From positions 99,138,001-99,202,000 of the forward strand of contig NC_043006.1 in assembly GCF_006345805.1 (NCBI RefSeq): a DNA stretch of 64,000 nucleotides, read 5' to 3'. This stretch comes from Octopus sinensis. Taxonomy: Eukaryota. Within the stretch, counting starts at the first letter, position 1; every line of letters starts with the position of its first letter. Made by a program: the position numbers and the translations under genes. Positions 1-13,699 of this stretch are shown piece after piece. The notes beneath the pieces are model-generated. The model saw nothing but the letters and a program-made list of their open reading frames with translations, did no database searches and was not told the origin of the DNA.

Positions 1-736
1 TGTTCTTTTTTTTCATATTGATATCGTTTTACAGTTGTTAACGTTTGTATTGTTTATGTATTTGTAATATGGCTTTTGTTAATAGTATTACTGGTTTAAA
101 TTTAATTTCGTAATGTTTTATTAGTTTTGTACATTACTCCGAACGTCAAGGATGTTCGCACTTTACATATACATCTCATGCCTATATAATTCAAATTGAA
201 ATGTGTGCATTTCAATTTGATTTTTATTGCTTGCAATAGTAGATTCCATTTCTGAAATAAATCGCAGGTTTCATTTTAAATATTTTTTTTATGAATGTTT
301 GCTTTTCAAATTAAATGTTTTATCGAATGCTATGTGTTGTTTCTGCGTGTGGCAACTTCTTTATATTTTGTTAAAACAATGGGTTATAGAAATATATAGG
401 ATTTGGAATGAGTTCTGAATGAAAAAAATCTATGTAGTAATACGTTCTATCGGAGGGAAAATTCGCTAACATGGTAAAAAATGTTGAAACCTGTTTTAAA
501 CTCAGTGGAATGCACACTTAGGCTGTTGAAAGTTTTTTCAGAGAAATTGATGGTAGAATTATTATACGAGCACTAAGATATATTCGTGTCATGTTAGCTC
601 ATAAATAAATGTTCGTGCATGTAATATAAAACTTGTAAAATCTGAATGCAGAATTCATTAATATCTCTTTAATCGGTACGGTTCTGTGCGTTATAAATCT
701 GTATCATTTAACGAACCTAAAAGATAACGGTAATAT

Positions 737-999
737 ATACGGTTTCTCTGACCTATGTGTTCCCCGCAGGTGGACATGACGCCAGTCCATCGCAGCGTTA
801 CTGAAGAAACAGGAAGAAAGAGTGAGAGAGAAAGTTAGGGTGAAAGGGTACAACAGGGGTCACCAACACCCCCTGCCGGAGAATCGTGGAGCTTTAGGTG
901 TTTTCGCTGAATAAACACACACAACGCCTGGTCTGGGAATCGAAACCGCGATCCTCCGTCCGCGAGTCCGCTGCCCGAACCACTGGGCCATTGCGCCTC
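737..999 (-). mobile_element. tRNA-derived SINE (family D)
   Basis: The minus strand begins GAGGCGCAATGGCCCAGTGGTT (A box) and contains GGTTTCGATTCC (B box), followed by non-tRNA body sequence. Confidence 0.75.
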
Positions 1000-2020
1000 A
1001 CACACACATATGTTGGAATTATATATGTGACGTGACAGATAAAATACACACACACACACATACACGCACACAACACACAACACATATACACACACGCAAA
1101 AGAGTATCACTACATAATTGCAAAATGTATTTATTATTCAAACATACCCCTTTTGCGCAACATTAATTACATACAAATGAAAATACTTGAAGTTAGAAAG
1201 CAACTGAAATCCCATACTTAAAACTAGGAAATAAGTGATGAAAACACTTCATTAACAAATAAATCAAACCAATAACCTAAACAGGAATTCAGTGCCGGCA
1301 CTGTGTGTTGCCTAATATGAGAATCAGGATTGCACAGGATTGATATTTAGGGATAACATCGAAAATCTAATGGAGGTATATGCATTGATTTGGAAAAGGT
1401 CAAAATATATTATACAACCTCATTAAATATTCACATTAAAGAAAAAAAAACATTTTTCTTGTTAAGTGGAAAATCTTATTTTTTAAATAGTCAACTGGAA
1501 ATGCTTCTGAATTACAGTCACTTGTCATAAATTTGTAAACCAATAATATATCAAACGCTAGGAAAATAAATAGCAAAAAGGAGTATAAACGAAGGCGCAA
1601 CATATAAAAACATAAAGCAATAGAAAAATATATATATAAAAAACGAAGGCATATTTAAAAAGTATTAGCGATCATACGGGCCACAGAAAATGTTCACTGT
1701 CCATTCTCATTAAAAGCTAAGACGTTCGGTGAATCAATACTGTTTTCAGATTTTATAGACGATGGACCGAACAATATCTGCCTTTTTACGATAGCAGATT
1801 AGAATTTCTTCATATTTTTCTATTCCCGCGAAGGCTATAATTTCAATATCGACTTTACTATGTTGCAGAAATCTATCTAATTTATAGCTTATATTCTTAT
1901 TTCGATTTTAAGACTTCGGCAAACTTCAGTAACTTGCACAAATGCACGCACAAACATAAATGCAACCTCTCAGGCACTCACTTACTAAACATACATAGAT
2001 ATAAACATGCACACGCATCT

Positions 2021-2098
<78 letters not shown>

Positions 2099-2439
2099 CA
2101 TACATACACACACACACATATAAATAAATAAATATATATACATATATATATATATTATGAAAGATAGCGTATGGTGTGAAAGACTGGGAAGATTAGGAAG
2201 AAATAACTTTGAGATAGTTTAGTGAAAAGGCCAGCTACAAGTGCCATTAAAACCGGCATGGTCTGAGTTCCGATTACGACTTCATTCCAATAAATAATTC
2301 AAGAATTCTGAAAGCCTAGCAAACCCATATGCAAGTTCGTGCGATTCAAATACAACCCGAGTTCACTTATCAATTGAATATATAGTAATATGAATTTGAA
2401 TATAAACATTGTGAATTTGAAATGTGTATATATACATAT

Positions 2440-2485
<46 letters not shown>

Positions 2486-2808
2486 AAGTCGGAGTTTCCC
2501 AGTAACGGAGTTTTGTTTCGTGGCTTCTATTTCTTGCGCGTCCTGCTACCACGTGCAGGCATTTCGGGTCTTTTATCGCAAATAGCTGTTGCGTGGTAAC
2601 ATAGCGTGCTAGAAATAGCAGCGAATTATACTGCTTGAATGAACTCGAAAACAGTCTATGGAATATTCCTTTTCACACAGAGTTGCGAATGAGTCTTTTG
2701 CGAAATATTTATCGTATTTTTAAAAGTCATTTTCACTTCAAAATATTTTTTAAATATGCCAAAAAATTTTGTAAGGCTGTCAACTTGAAAATAATTTTTA
2801 AAAACATT

Positions 2809-3021
2809 TTACTCTTTTACTTGTTTCAGTCATTTGTCTCTGGTCATGCTGGAGATCCGCCTTAAGTCGAGCAAATTGATCCTAGGATTTATTCTTTGCA
2901 AACCTAGTACTTATTCTATCGGTCCCTTTTGCCGAACCGCTATTACGGGGACGTAAACACACCGCCATCAGTTTTCAAGCGATGTTGGGGGACAAATACA
3001 GACACACAAACATATACACAC

Positions 3022-3069
<48 letters not shown>

Positions 3070-3180
3070 GACGGGATTCTTTCAGTTTCTGTCTACCAAA
3101 TCCACTCACAAGTCTTTGGTCGGCCCGAGGCTATAGTAGAAAACAGTTGACCAAGTCGCCACGTGGTGGGACGGAACCCG
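2809..3180 (-). mobile_element. SINE family A, 5'-truncated copy with internal (TA)n
   Basis: It shares body, internal microsatellite and AGTAAAAG-type tail with the copies at 20.1, 21.6-22.2, 29.0, 29.7 and 40.9 kb. Confidence 0.85.
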
Positions 3181-6100
3181 ACAGCTTACATTTTTTAAGC
3201 CACATTAACTAAAGTATATTTCTAAGTAATTAGAATATTGCATTTAATAAAAAAAGAAAAGAGAAAACCTCTTTGAACTATAATAATGCACTTGTGTTTT
3301 TCTCCGTTACAGTATATAAATGAGAAAGGAAGGGGTAATATATGAATAAGGAAGGGCATCTTAACATTTATAGAAATACATATATAATATAAATCATTTG
3401 TGTGAATAAAGGAATTTGTTACGAATCCTTAAAATAATCAAATCACGACAAGATCGCTTCCCTTATTTTTTTTTAACAAATATTTCCAAAAGTAGGTGAC
3501 ATCAATTAGTAGAATTGGTAGATCATCGGAGTTCCAAACACACCCATATGTGCATTCTCTTAAATATTATTTCTTAATTAGGCACCGATTCTAGCAAGTG
3601 ATCCCGATTTGAAATTTATTTCATCTATTCAATATGGAAGAAAAGTAAAGTCACGCATTACGGATTTGAACGCAGATCATAAAGGAGCATACGGCATATT
3701 ACAGGGAACGCTTCAGTGATCTCACCTCTTGAGTATTGTGCTTTATTTTAGATGTCTGAAATATGTAGGACTAACAACATTATTTTGTCATTTTAAACGT
3801 TTCTTTAATTCATTCATTCTTTAATTCATTCATCCGAAGACTAAAAATTTAAACCTGCAATGAGGAGAAACTGCATTGATTTCATTGTACTATTGAAAGT
3901 TTGCTGCTTTGAAACTATGGCGTTTGAACTTCAGGCATATGACAATGTAATGTCAGGAATTCTGTGGGCGAGCAATATTTTAACATATCCTATCAAATTG
4001 CAATTTCTTTTAATTTTGCACAATTGAAAAGTAGATTTTCAGTTATCATAGTCATTAGATTCTAGTGAATAAATTATTAATTAGCGGATAACTCGGCATT
4101 AATAATATTACCATTGCTAAATCGTGACATGAGAAGAATAGATGCATTCAGAAAATGAAAGTTGGTTGCGAACGTGAATATCAATGTGCAGAGATTCTGC
4201 TTAACCGTGTTTGTTCTCAAACAGTCGAGCTTACCGAATACTATTTTTTCTTTTTCTTTTGGGTTATTGCGTAGGCTTTTGTGCATGTGTGCATGTACAT
4301 ACTATGGAGATAGGAAGTTGTTGGCGAACCGGCTTCCACATAGGCATAAACAATTGTAAGATATTCTCCAACAAAACCAACACTACATTTAAGATTCGTT
4401 GATAAACGACATTTTCGCAAGACACAAAATAAGAATATATCTTCAATGATGTAATAAATATTGCACACACATACACAGCACGCATACATAGACACACATG
4501 CACAGAAATACACCCACACACACACACATACGCAGCACGCATACATAGATACACATGCACAGAAATACACCCACACACACATACGTTGCACACATACATA
4601 GATACACACGCACGGAAAGACACCCATACACGCATGCAGACATGAATATATATACATTGCTAAATGCGTTTGTGTGCCTGTGTATCCTCCCAAAGCATCA
4701 GTAATATCCATATGAATTATGATAGCAGTAAAAGTATTCATCTATAACATCTATCTCGATTCCATAGAAAAAGAAATAACAAATAGTAAATCCATTGTAC
4801 TATTACAGCCAGTCATATATTGTACTCTTCCCAGACAACCATATTTATTACGCAGCTGAACGTTCCCACAATTTTCAGCTGAATGTTTTGACCCTCTCTG
4901 TTTATTCTTTGCTTTTGTTTTATTTAAGCTGTCTGCTTTGATAATTTATCTATGTTCGTTTTATTTAATATAGCATTTATCTTCTGTTTTCTACTAAATA
5001 AATGCTTCCGACTTTTTAAACATATTTCTTTGTTCTTATACTGAGGAAATTAATGAGAGATAAGCAAACAGATTAATAAATATATAAATATTATATATCT
5101 ATAAATTATATTTAGTGAGAGATATATCTCATATATCAAAAAGTATCTAACACCATACGAAAACACACTTTAGGTATGAACCTAGAAATATGGCATGCAT
5201 CAAGGTTTATTAAATATCCCATGACAATGACTGTATAGCACCTGGATGAATTCGTCGCATTATGCAGATACGTTTCATCAAAGCTTTGGATGACATTCTC
5301 TTTATTTCTGAATAGTTTGTGATATATCGATAAAAGTCATGCGAGTAATGTGTGCTTCGCAAAATTGCAGTTCCAATTTCAATCTATCACAGCGTCATCT
5401 TAAGCAAGGTCATTCTTCTCTTATCTTGGTTTAACAAACGTGTTTGTAGATTGAAGGTATGTGAATCATGGTGGAGGCTCTGGGTATATATTCATTATAT
5501 ATGTATTAATCCGGTATGCATTTATACATTGCATATATTTATTCTTCTGTATAAATATATATGCATGCATGTGTGTGTGCGTTTGTGTGTGTGTGTATGG
5601 GGAAGGATTTTATGTGTTGCAAATAAATGAGGGTGTGTTGGGACATCTAGTGTCACATAATTCTTCACGAGATTGTAAACCATTTGGACCAAAATACCTA
5701 CTGTCCGAAAGTATTTTTTGTATTCATTCTGTTGCCACGAGATCACTTCCGAAGAATGATTCGCTTCCTCCAACAATTTTCGTCTGTCTCGACATATGCA
5801 ACTTGATATACATCTTCGAATAGCCTAACACTTGACAAGTATTCAAAACACTTTATATTGAAGGTTGCATGCAAATATGTGGCAAAGAAGTTGAGGTCTA
5901 GCATATTACAACGCCCTGCATGACGTGATGTTACATGGTAGCACATTCAATAGAATGGCCAATCCAAACTATCTTATTTTCAGTCATGTCATTGGCAAAC
6001 CTAACAATGATTGTGTGCATGTTCCTTATATTCTAACGAACATTTATTCGACGGGAAAACAAAGACGATCATTGCTAGTAAAATGGCATAAATAAAGTCA

Positions 6101-6189
6101 ATTGTTTTCTTTATCTAGGTAACAATTGATATGATATTGGTTTCAAATTATGGTAGAAGGTACGAAATTTCGGTCGAGTGACATACGCT

Positions 6190-6335
6190 GATCACATCGG
6201 ATCCAGTGCTGGGCAGGTACTTATTTTATCGACCCTGAAAGGATAAAACGAAAAGGCAACCTGGGCGGAATTTGAATTCAGAACGTAATGACGCACGAAA
6301 TGCAGCTCAGTGTTTCGCCCAGACTGCTATCGATT
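6190..6335 (-). mobile_element. SINE family B, degenerate fragment
   Basis: Reverse complement of the family B core (GAATTCAAATTCCGCC...TTTCAGGGTCGATAAA..AAGTACC). Confidence 0.7.
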
Positions 6336-6371
6336 CAGTCGACCAGAGCTGGTATAGTGTGAGAGAAATAT

Positions 6372-6810
6372 ACTCTCAGGTAAATATGTGTCTGTATTGC
6401 AAAAAGACCCCAGTGGTGAAATGATTAAAGAAAACTCATTATTTCTGGAAGATGGGGATCCTTGTCAGACGTCTAAAAACACACAAGGTTTCTTGAAAGA
6501 GAACGGCATTATAAATCTTGTCTTGCAAAACCAGTCACCTGATATAAACCCTATTGGGCACTTCTGAGGACAGGACACTTCGTAAACAAAACAAGAAAGC
6601 ATCCTCAAAGCTACATCTTTTGAGATTACTGCATGAAACTGATTACTGTATCATCTGATCATTAGCATGCCTAATAGTATTCTTGTATTGAAAGATGCAA
6701 AAGTCATGTCTACTAAATATTACATGTTCACATTAAAATAATTAATAAATAATTTAAATAAATTTCAATGATTATAAGTGTGTCTATTTACCTGTACCAT
6801 TTCTGTGTAT
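6372..6810 (+). pseudogene. Tc1-type transposase 3' remnant
   Basis: Translates to LFLEDGDPCQTSKNTQGFLKENGI...QSPDINPIGHF*, matching the Tc1 FQQDNDPKH...SPDLNPIEHLW segment. It contains stops. Confidence 0.7.
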
Positions 6811-6865
6811 ATATATATATTCATATAAGCATACACGCATATGTACATACATATGCACGTACACA

Positions 6866-7085
6866 TACGAGGAAATGATATAATGTTCCTAGCGTCAACG
6901 GTATTGGAACGGCATGGTTGGAACCCAGAACGCCCGGGAACTTTTACAGGGCTTAGAAAAACTGAAGGACTGTTGCAATAAGTGTGTGAATGTGAGACGG
7001 CTATATGTTAAATAAAAACATAATTGAGTAATTTTAACGTATTTTATTTTACCCATTGCCAGGAACTGTCAAGCACACCCTCGTA
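6866..7085 (+). mobile_element. internally deleted mariner element
   Basis: TACGAGG...CCCTCGTA termini; the mariner-like C-terminus GLEKLKDCCNKCVNVRRLYVK* lies inside. Confidence 0.55.
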
Positions 7086-7088
7086 CTA

Positions 7089-7170
<82 letters not shown>

Positions 7171-8059
7171 ATGTGTGTGTGTGGTGTGTGTGTGTGTATA
7201 CATAGAGACACACCTGACTAATGCACACACACACGGGCACAGCACACACATAAAAGTAAGAAATTTATTCGATATTACGCTATTAATCATAAAATGATAT
7301 TTTATACTTCTTAAAGGCACAGAGACTGGTCTATATCTTCAGAATTATTTATAAGCATCCATGCACATTACGCGCAGGCATAGACATTATTCCCTCCACT
7401 CTGATTGAAAGACAATCTGTAACAACCGTGTTTCTATCAATGAGATTCATTTTGATAATTTGAGCGGATATTCAATATTGAAAGCATATTTTCGATCAAG
7501 CAAATCCCTTGTTACTTAGCAATTTATTATCATTGGCTTTCAATAGCAATTGCATGGCAGAACATGTCAGTTTTCCAGATAATACCAAAATCATAAGTGT
7601 AGGTGTATATGTATAGTTAACAATTTTGAACCGGAAACTCATAGGCACATATCCTACCTCCATGCCCAGCACGTTATAGAACTGCCTAGAACTCTAGTTT
7701 CTGGAAATGCCGAGGAGGCGCGCGGCTAAGCATTGTCCGCACGTACACATGCATGTTAACACCTACATGCGTTAGCATATATACATACATAAACGTACAT
7801 ATACGTACATACATGCATATGCATGTATATACATATACATATATATATATGTGTGTGTGTGTGTGGAATTTGCAGAAAAAGACAGCAACACGAAGAAATA
7901 AACAGAGACAGAGAATAAAAGAACTTGTGGATTTAGCCGTACATCATGGCGACTGCTTGGAGAAAGGTAGTTGGATAGGAGAGCGAGGAAGAAGGGGAGA
8001 TAATAAAGTACTGGTGATCCCAAAACGAAGTTGCGGGTGCGTGTATGCATGTGAGACTT

Positions 8060-8715
8060 TGTAAGTGTGTGCGTGTGGATAGTGATTTTGATGTGCGTGA
8101 CTTTGATGTGTGGATGCGTGCGTTTGTAAACGTGTGCCTGTAATGTGCGGGTGTGTGAATGATTGTGGGACCTAGGAAGTGGTCAGTGCAAGTGTGTGCA
8201 GAGTGATTTAGGGTGGTATGATGCGGTGTAGGAGTAGTAGTGTGTGATTTTGGTGTGAGGGCTTTGGAATGTGAAGATGGGGTGAGGGTTGAGGAAGTGG
8301 GGGTAGGGGTGGGCTGTATGGAAATATTTGGGCATCGCATAGGTTAGGACCATTCTCGTTCCCATGGTCACTCCTGAGAATTGTTGGTAGAGCTCCCCTG
8401 CGAACGAGAAGCAGCTAAGGGTGAAAGCAAGTGTGGCCAGACGAAGAAATGTGGACGTGTGAGGTTGGGTCGAAGGTCGAAGGTAGAGGAAGTTTTTCGA
8501 GGGCAAGACTAAAGCGTTTAGAGGGGTCAAGAAGGAAGGAGAAAGAGTTCAAAAGACGGAGAGCATGGTTAGTGTCGGGGATGTTGGTGTGGAGGGAAAC
8601 CGCTAGAGGTGCAAGGACAGGATCGAGCTATTTCGATATCAGTTCCGTGGGTCAGTTACAATCGGAAACGATGGTGCGGCCAGGAATGTTGGGAAGGAAG
8701 TAAATGGTGGTGGTG
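8060..8715 (-). pseudogene. Penelope-like element RT remnant with CA-rich downstream tract
   Basis: Minus-strand frames read [32 protein letters not shown]...IPDTNHAL and LAFTLSCFSFAGELYQQFSGVTMGTRM, which match PLE RT motifs (GRPIVS, DTNH, QxxGxxMG). Confidence 0.8.
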
Positions 8716-8751
8716 GGGGCGATGAATATGTATACATACATTTATATATAT

Positions 8752-8881
<130 letters not shown>

Positions 8882-8989
8882 TATTATATATATATATATA
8901 TATACATACATACATACATACACACACATATATATATATATACATACATACACTCATATATTATATATATATATATATATTTATATACG

Positions 8990-9440
8990 AGCAAAATGCT
9001 CCCCGTCAAATGGACGGTGCTGAGTTGTCAAACATTTAAACCAAATTTTCTCAAGACAATTTGTCCGACTGGCCCATAGGCTCTCCCTTTGAGAGACATT
9101 GATTCAACCTAAATTCGAGACACCAGCATAAGAAGAAATAAAGATAGATATTTTTCTATCAAAAACAAAGACGATTTTACTCACACAAATATGCAACCGA
9201 AGAGTTTAAAGTACCAGTAATGATAAGGCTGTTGACTGGGGAACACAAACATGGTTTAAACAGTAAGGTTGGCAGGAAAGAAACGTGCCTTTAAGCAGTA
9301 CAAAAACAACAAAAAATGGAAGGTGCAGTTATGCACAGGTTGACGGAAGAAAATAAGGAGAAAAACCGCTTTATCGATCGCATTCTCATCAGGAATTGAT
9401 TTTTGTAATGTTTTCAAGACTTATACACGCCCCGACACCG
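8990..9440 (+). mobile_element. possible PLE GIY-YIG C-terminal and 3' remnant
   Basis: [12 protein letters not shown]... weakly resembles the PLE endonuclease C-terminal KWSIL..KP segment; heavily decayed. Confidence 0.3.
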
Positions 9441-9908
9441 TCGGTATCTACATATCAAATTTGAGCGCACCGGGTGGAGGATGCCCGAGATCCTAGAAGA
9501 CACACAGACAGAACGGATTTTATATTATGTATATATATATATATGTGTGTGTGTGTGTATGTATGTATGTGTGTGTGTGTGCGCGTGTGTGTGTGTAAAT
9601 ATTATAGATGTATATGTATCTACCAATATATCGTTGCTCTTACGCAAAAGTGTCGTACATTCAAAATGTGGCTTTTCCAGAACACGAAAAAAATAGTTTT
9701 GCCATTCCATAGAAAGACCATTGTACTATATTATCACAATTTTTGATATCTTGGCATCTGATGCAGTTGGTGATACGATGGTTCGACCAAAACAACTGGC
9801 TACTTGAAGCAAAAACAAGAAAAATCTACATTTGGCCACATTTGAACATACGACAACTAGGCATAATAGCAACGATATATGCATACATGCATACACACAC
9901 ACACACAG

Positions 9909-9966
<58 letters not shown>

Positions 9967-10554
9967 CGTATATATATAATACGTATATATGTACATATAC
10001 TTATGTAAATATATGTATATGTATCTATGTATGTGTGTGTATATATGTGTGCGTGTGTGCTTGTATCTTTTGTGCGGCATTGCATACTGTATCATTGTTG
10101 TCGTTATGTATACTATTTCCTGGATTTATGGCACTTTAGTGAAAGCTTAAACCAGCAGTTCGATAAATACAAATCGATGCAATAAATATCAGAGTAAATT
10201 TAGAAGTTCGATCGATATCATTCACAAAACATTTTAAGGCAGATCAACGGCACATACGCATTAAACATACCGAAATCAAGGGAGAAAATTGTAACCACGT
10301 ACTCAACTGAATTGTAAAAGTCAAAAAGAAAAAGAATTCAATGCTTGTTGCATTGACGCAGAAATGTAACAGGAATTTAAGTGAATTTTGAACTTATCGA
10401 CAAGAAACTGAATAATGCAATGAATATTTGCAGGTTACATAACTTATACTACAATCAATGTTCAAGTACGTTTGCCATTGTCAAAGCAGTTTATATGACG
10501 GTAGCATTTATCATGATAGTGCAAATTGGTTGAGTTGCTTATTCGTCACTCAGT

Positions 10555-10800
10555 CGGTTATAGCGAGGAGTGTTATAATTGATCCGATCAACGTGACAAC
10601 CCGTTTATTAGATCAATGTGTAAGTGGCTGAACAATCCACAAACATGCGTACCATTAACGTAGATCTCAGGGAAATTCAGCACGATATAGAATGTGACAA
10701 GGCTAGCCACTTGGAATACATTTACTATTCAAGGTCAAAAGGCACCACCAGGAGTCGAATTCATGACTTTGCGACAATGAGCCAAATACCCTGAAGGCTA
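10555..10800 (-). mobile_element. SINE family C, degenerate
   Basis: Reverse-complement similarity to the copy at 52808-53128 (CTGAGAxCTAxGTTA...CAGxCACTT). Confidence 0.65.
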
Positions 10801-11417
10801 AATCACCCGTCTACACTGGAGTTTATTTAAGTTCAGGGAAAAAAAACGTGCCCTCTCGGTTTGCTAATTCTTTAACAATAGTTAGTGCAATATACCATGG
10901 TTAGAGTGAGGGATTATTCCCTACAACTGGGATAGTACGCATTACACTGTGTAAACCGAAGCAATGTGAAATACCTGATTTGCTCATAGACACAACGTGA
11001 AAAGCGTTTTGAGAATTGATGAAAATCTAACTAGGGAGAAATCTAAGACACTTAGAAATACAGCTCACGGCGTCATTCATTCCTTTGTACAGTTAAATGC
11101 ATTCCGTAATTATTGCTAGGGTAAATATTCAAAAATAATGATATACCACCAGAACATTCAGATAATATACCGAGTATAAACTGAATTTTTTCTCTTAGGA
11201 AGATACGAGAATTGCAATGCCTGCATAAGTAGGTAATTACATAAATGGGAAATATTACTAATAAAGCGATGTGTAAATACAAGGTAATCTACTCTCAAAG
11301 TACTGACCATGTATCTACGTCTAAATACATACATACATACATACATATATGTATATATATATTGTTGTATTTAGGAATGGTCATTTTGCCAGCTTAGCCT
11401 TTTATCATGGTGAATAT

Positions 11418-11448
<31 letters not shown>

Positions 11449-11475
11449 TCACACACATACACACACACACACACA

Positions 11476-11519
<44 letters not shown>

Positions 11520-11544
11520 ATATATATATATAATATTCACCATG

Positions 11545-11710
11545 ATAGATCGCTAGCCACTACACAATCTGTATTTTCTCTATGTGTTTCTTTCTGTGAA
11601 AAAGTGTAGTCTTGAAAGGTTAAAGACCTTTTCAATTCCCGAGCATTATACTAATAAATCTGTCTGTTGCCTACACCACCTGTCTTCGGCTTTTTAAAAA
11701 TCTCCCTAGA
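11545..11710 (+). mobile_element. decayed pLTR-like fragment, CUGU-core HHR family
   Basis: CTTTCTGTGAAAAAGTGTAGTCTTGAAAGGTTAAAGAC and its flanks are homologous to 32940-33150 and 42372-42510. Confidence 0.55.
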
Positions 11711-11740
11711 TATATATATAATATAGTATGTATACATATA

Positions 11741-11851
<111 letters not shown>

Positions 11852-12172
11852 CTATATATATATATATATTATATGTATGTATGTATATGTATGGTGGTAT
11901 CTCTCAGATACGATAATTTATAATTTTAATGATTGTTACCTTTGCAGATTATTTTTTCATGCTGGACACTTAATATAATCGTTATTATATTTTAAAATTA
12001 AGGATGTTATCCTTATTTATATAAAGTTAAATTTATTTCGTCACTGTATTTACTGCGGTGATACTCTGACCATATTTCACATGGAATAAAACGGAGGGCA
12101 TTTTCATTTGGCCATGATGCATACGTGCATATATATGTAGGTATATATTCGTATATGTAAGTATTCCTATGC

Positions 12173-12242
<70 letters not shown>

Positions 12243-12246
12243 TAAA

Positions 12247-12307
12247 TGACTTTGCATTTATGAATGCCTTGCCTCGTCAGTAGAATACACACAGAAGATA
12301 AACATAA

Positions 12308-12358
<51 letters not shown>

Positions 12359-12464
12359 TATAATATATATATATATGTTTATATATATGTACGTATTTAT
12401 GTTTATCTTCTGTGTGTATTCTACTGACGAGGCAAAGCATTCATAAATCAAAAATGCAAAGTCA
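12247..12464. repeat. inverted repeat (about 65-70 bp arms) centred on a (TA)n tract
   Basis: The left arm TGACTTTGCATT...AACATAAATAC is a near-exact reverse complement of 12393-12464. Confidence 0.9.
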
Positions 12465-12648
12465 GAAATCCGGATCTAGAATTATCCACTAATTGTTTAC
12501 TAGTTTCATCTTGTCTCTTGTTTTTTCTCCGTGTTGATATTTGGACAATTTAGGTGGTTTTAAAGTCAGATCATGGCTGCTATTTTCAGCATGGTGGTAT
12601 CTCGTAGATACTTTAATTTATAATTTTAAATATGTATATGTATATACA

Positions 12649-12731
<83 letters not shown>

Positions 12732-13056
12732 CGTATAGGTGAGAAAGTTGATGTGTGAAAGCACGTGGTTGAATATATAGAAAATAGTAAAAATTGAAAA
12801 AACTACAGAAGGCTTGTTTTAGAAGGTTAAAAAATATATATTTGAGTCATTATGTCTGAAGAATGTTATAAATTTTTTTCATACAATGACATAATTTTTG
12901 AAGAAAGACCGGTTTCGCGTTCAGCTTTTCAAATTTCTTACATCGTTATGTTTACGTTGAGAACTGTGAAGGAGAGTGAAAGAGAGTTCCAGATAAGGGG
13001 AGGTAATAAGTGATTTCCTCCGGTGTAAGGGAGATAATCGCTTAATATTACTTGCC

Positions 13057-13389
13057 TCTGAAAACATAATTTATGTCATAAAATGCTCGGGCTGCCACCA
13101 AAACTACGTGGGGTCCACGGGACTATCACTCAGACGTAGATGCACACTGCATCGACAAGAGATTGCATTCCCAGAATACAGAATGATACCCTTTAGTGAG
13201 CACATTGAGAAATGCGCAAAGCAACTACTACCACAATTTTTAATCTTTCCATTTTACCAATGTGCTATCAGAACACCAACACAAATTAGACTAAACAAGG
13301 AAAAATTCTTCATTGAAAAATACAAGCCCAAACTTAACCATTCCAACATTCTTATACAGAGAAACTCACTCCAAAAGAAAGGCAAGTAA
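13057..13389 (+). pseudogene. stop-free PLE GIY-YIG endonuclease domain (no RT)
   Basis: SENIIYVIKCSGCHQNYVGSTGLSLRRRCTLHRQ...FSEHIEKC...RLNKEKFFIEKYKPKLN contains the IY/YVG motifs, CxxC, two His, and the expected R, E and N. Confidence 0.88.
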
Positions 13390-13497
13390 TATTAAGCGAT
13401 TATCTGCCTTACATTGGAAGAAATCACTTATTACCTCCCCTTATCTGGAACGCTCTTTCACTCTCCTTCACACTTCTCGACGTAAACATAACGATGT

Positions 13498-13536
13498 AAG
13501 AAATTTGAAAAGCTGAATGCGAAACCGGTCTTTCTT
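13498..13536 (+). ncRNA. minimal hammerhead-like motif with decayed core (mirror copy 12901-12939, minus)
   Basis: AAGAAA T TTGAAAA GC TGAAT GC GAAA CCGG TC TTTCTT. Stem I is AAGAAA/TTTCTT and stem III is the palindrome ACCGGT; the core has two changes from CUGAAGA. Confidence 0.5.
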
Positions 13537-13654
13537 CAAAAACTATGTCATTGTATGAAAAAAAGTTATAACATTCTTCAGACATAATGACTCAAATATA
13601 TATTTTTTAACCTTCTAAAACAAGCCTTCTGTAGTTTTTTCACTTTTTACTATT

Positions 13655-13699
<45 letters not shown>

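Larger units (their letters stand above)
12730..13660 (+). mobile_element. 5'-truncated Penelope-like element with inverted pLTRs around a GIY-YIG domain
   Basis: Arms 12773-13057 and 13380-13660 are reverse complements; the centre encodes a GIY-YIG domain; (TA)n lies on both flanks. Confidence 0.9.

Noticed and set aside
940-999. tRNA gene calls at SINE heads (also 29725, 31453, 52808)
   Set aside because: A and B boxes are present but there is no full cloverleaf or acceptor stem, and each continues into a repeated SINE body.
12848-12892. Antisense hammerhead-like string ATTATGT CTGAAGA ATG..CAT ACAATG ACATAAT in the pLTR
   Set aside because: Stem I and the 5' core fit but GAAA is absent; too weak to call.
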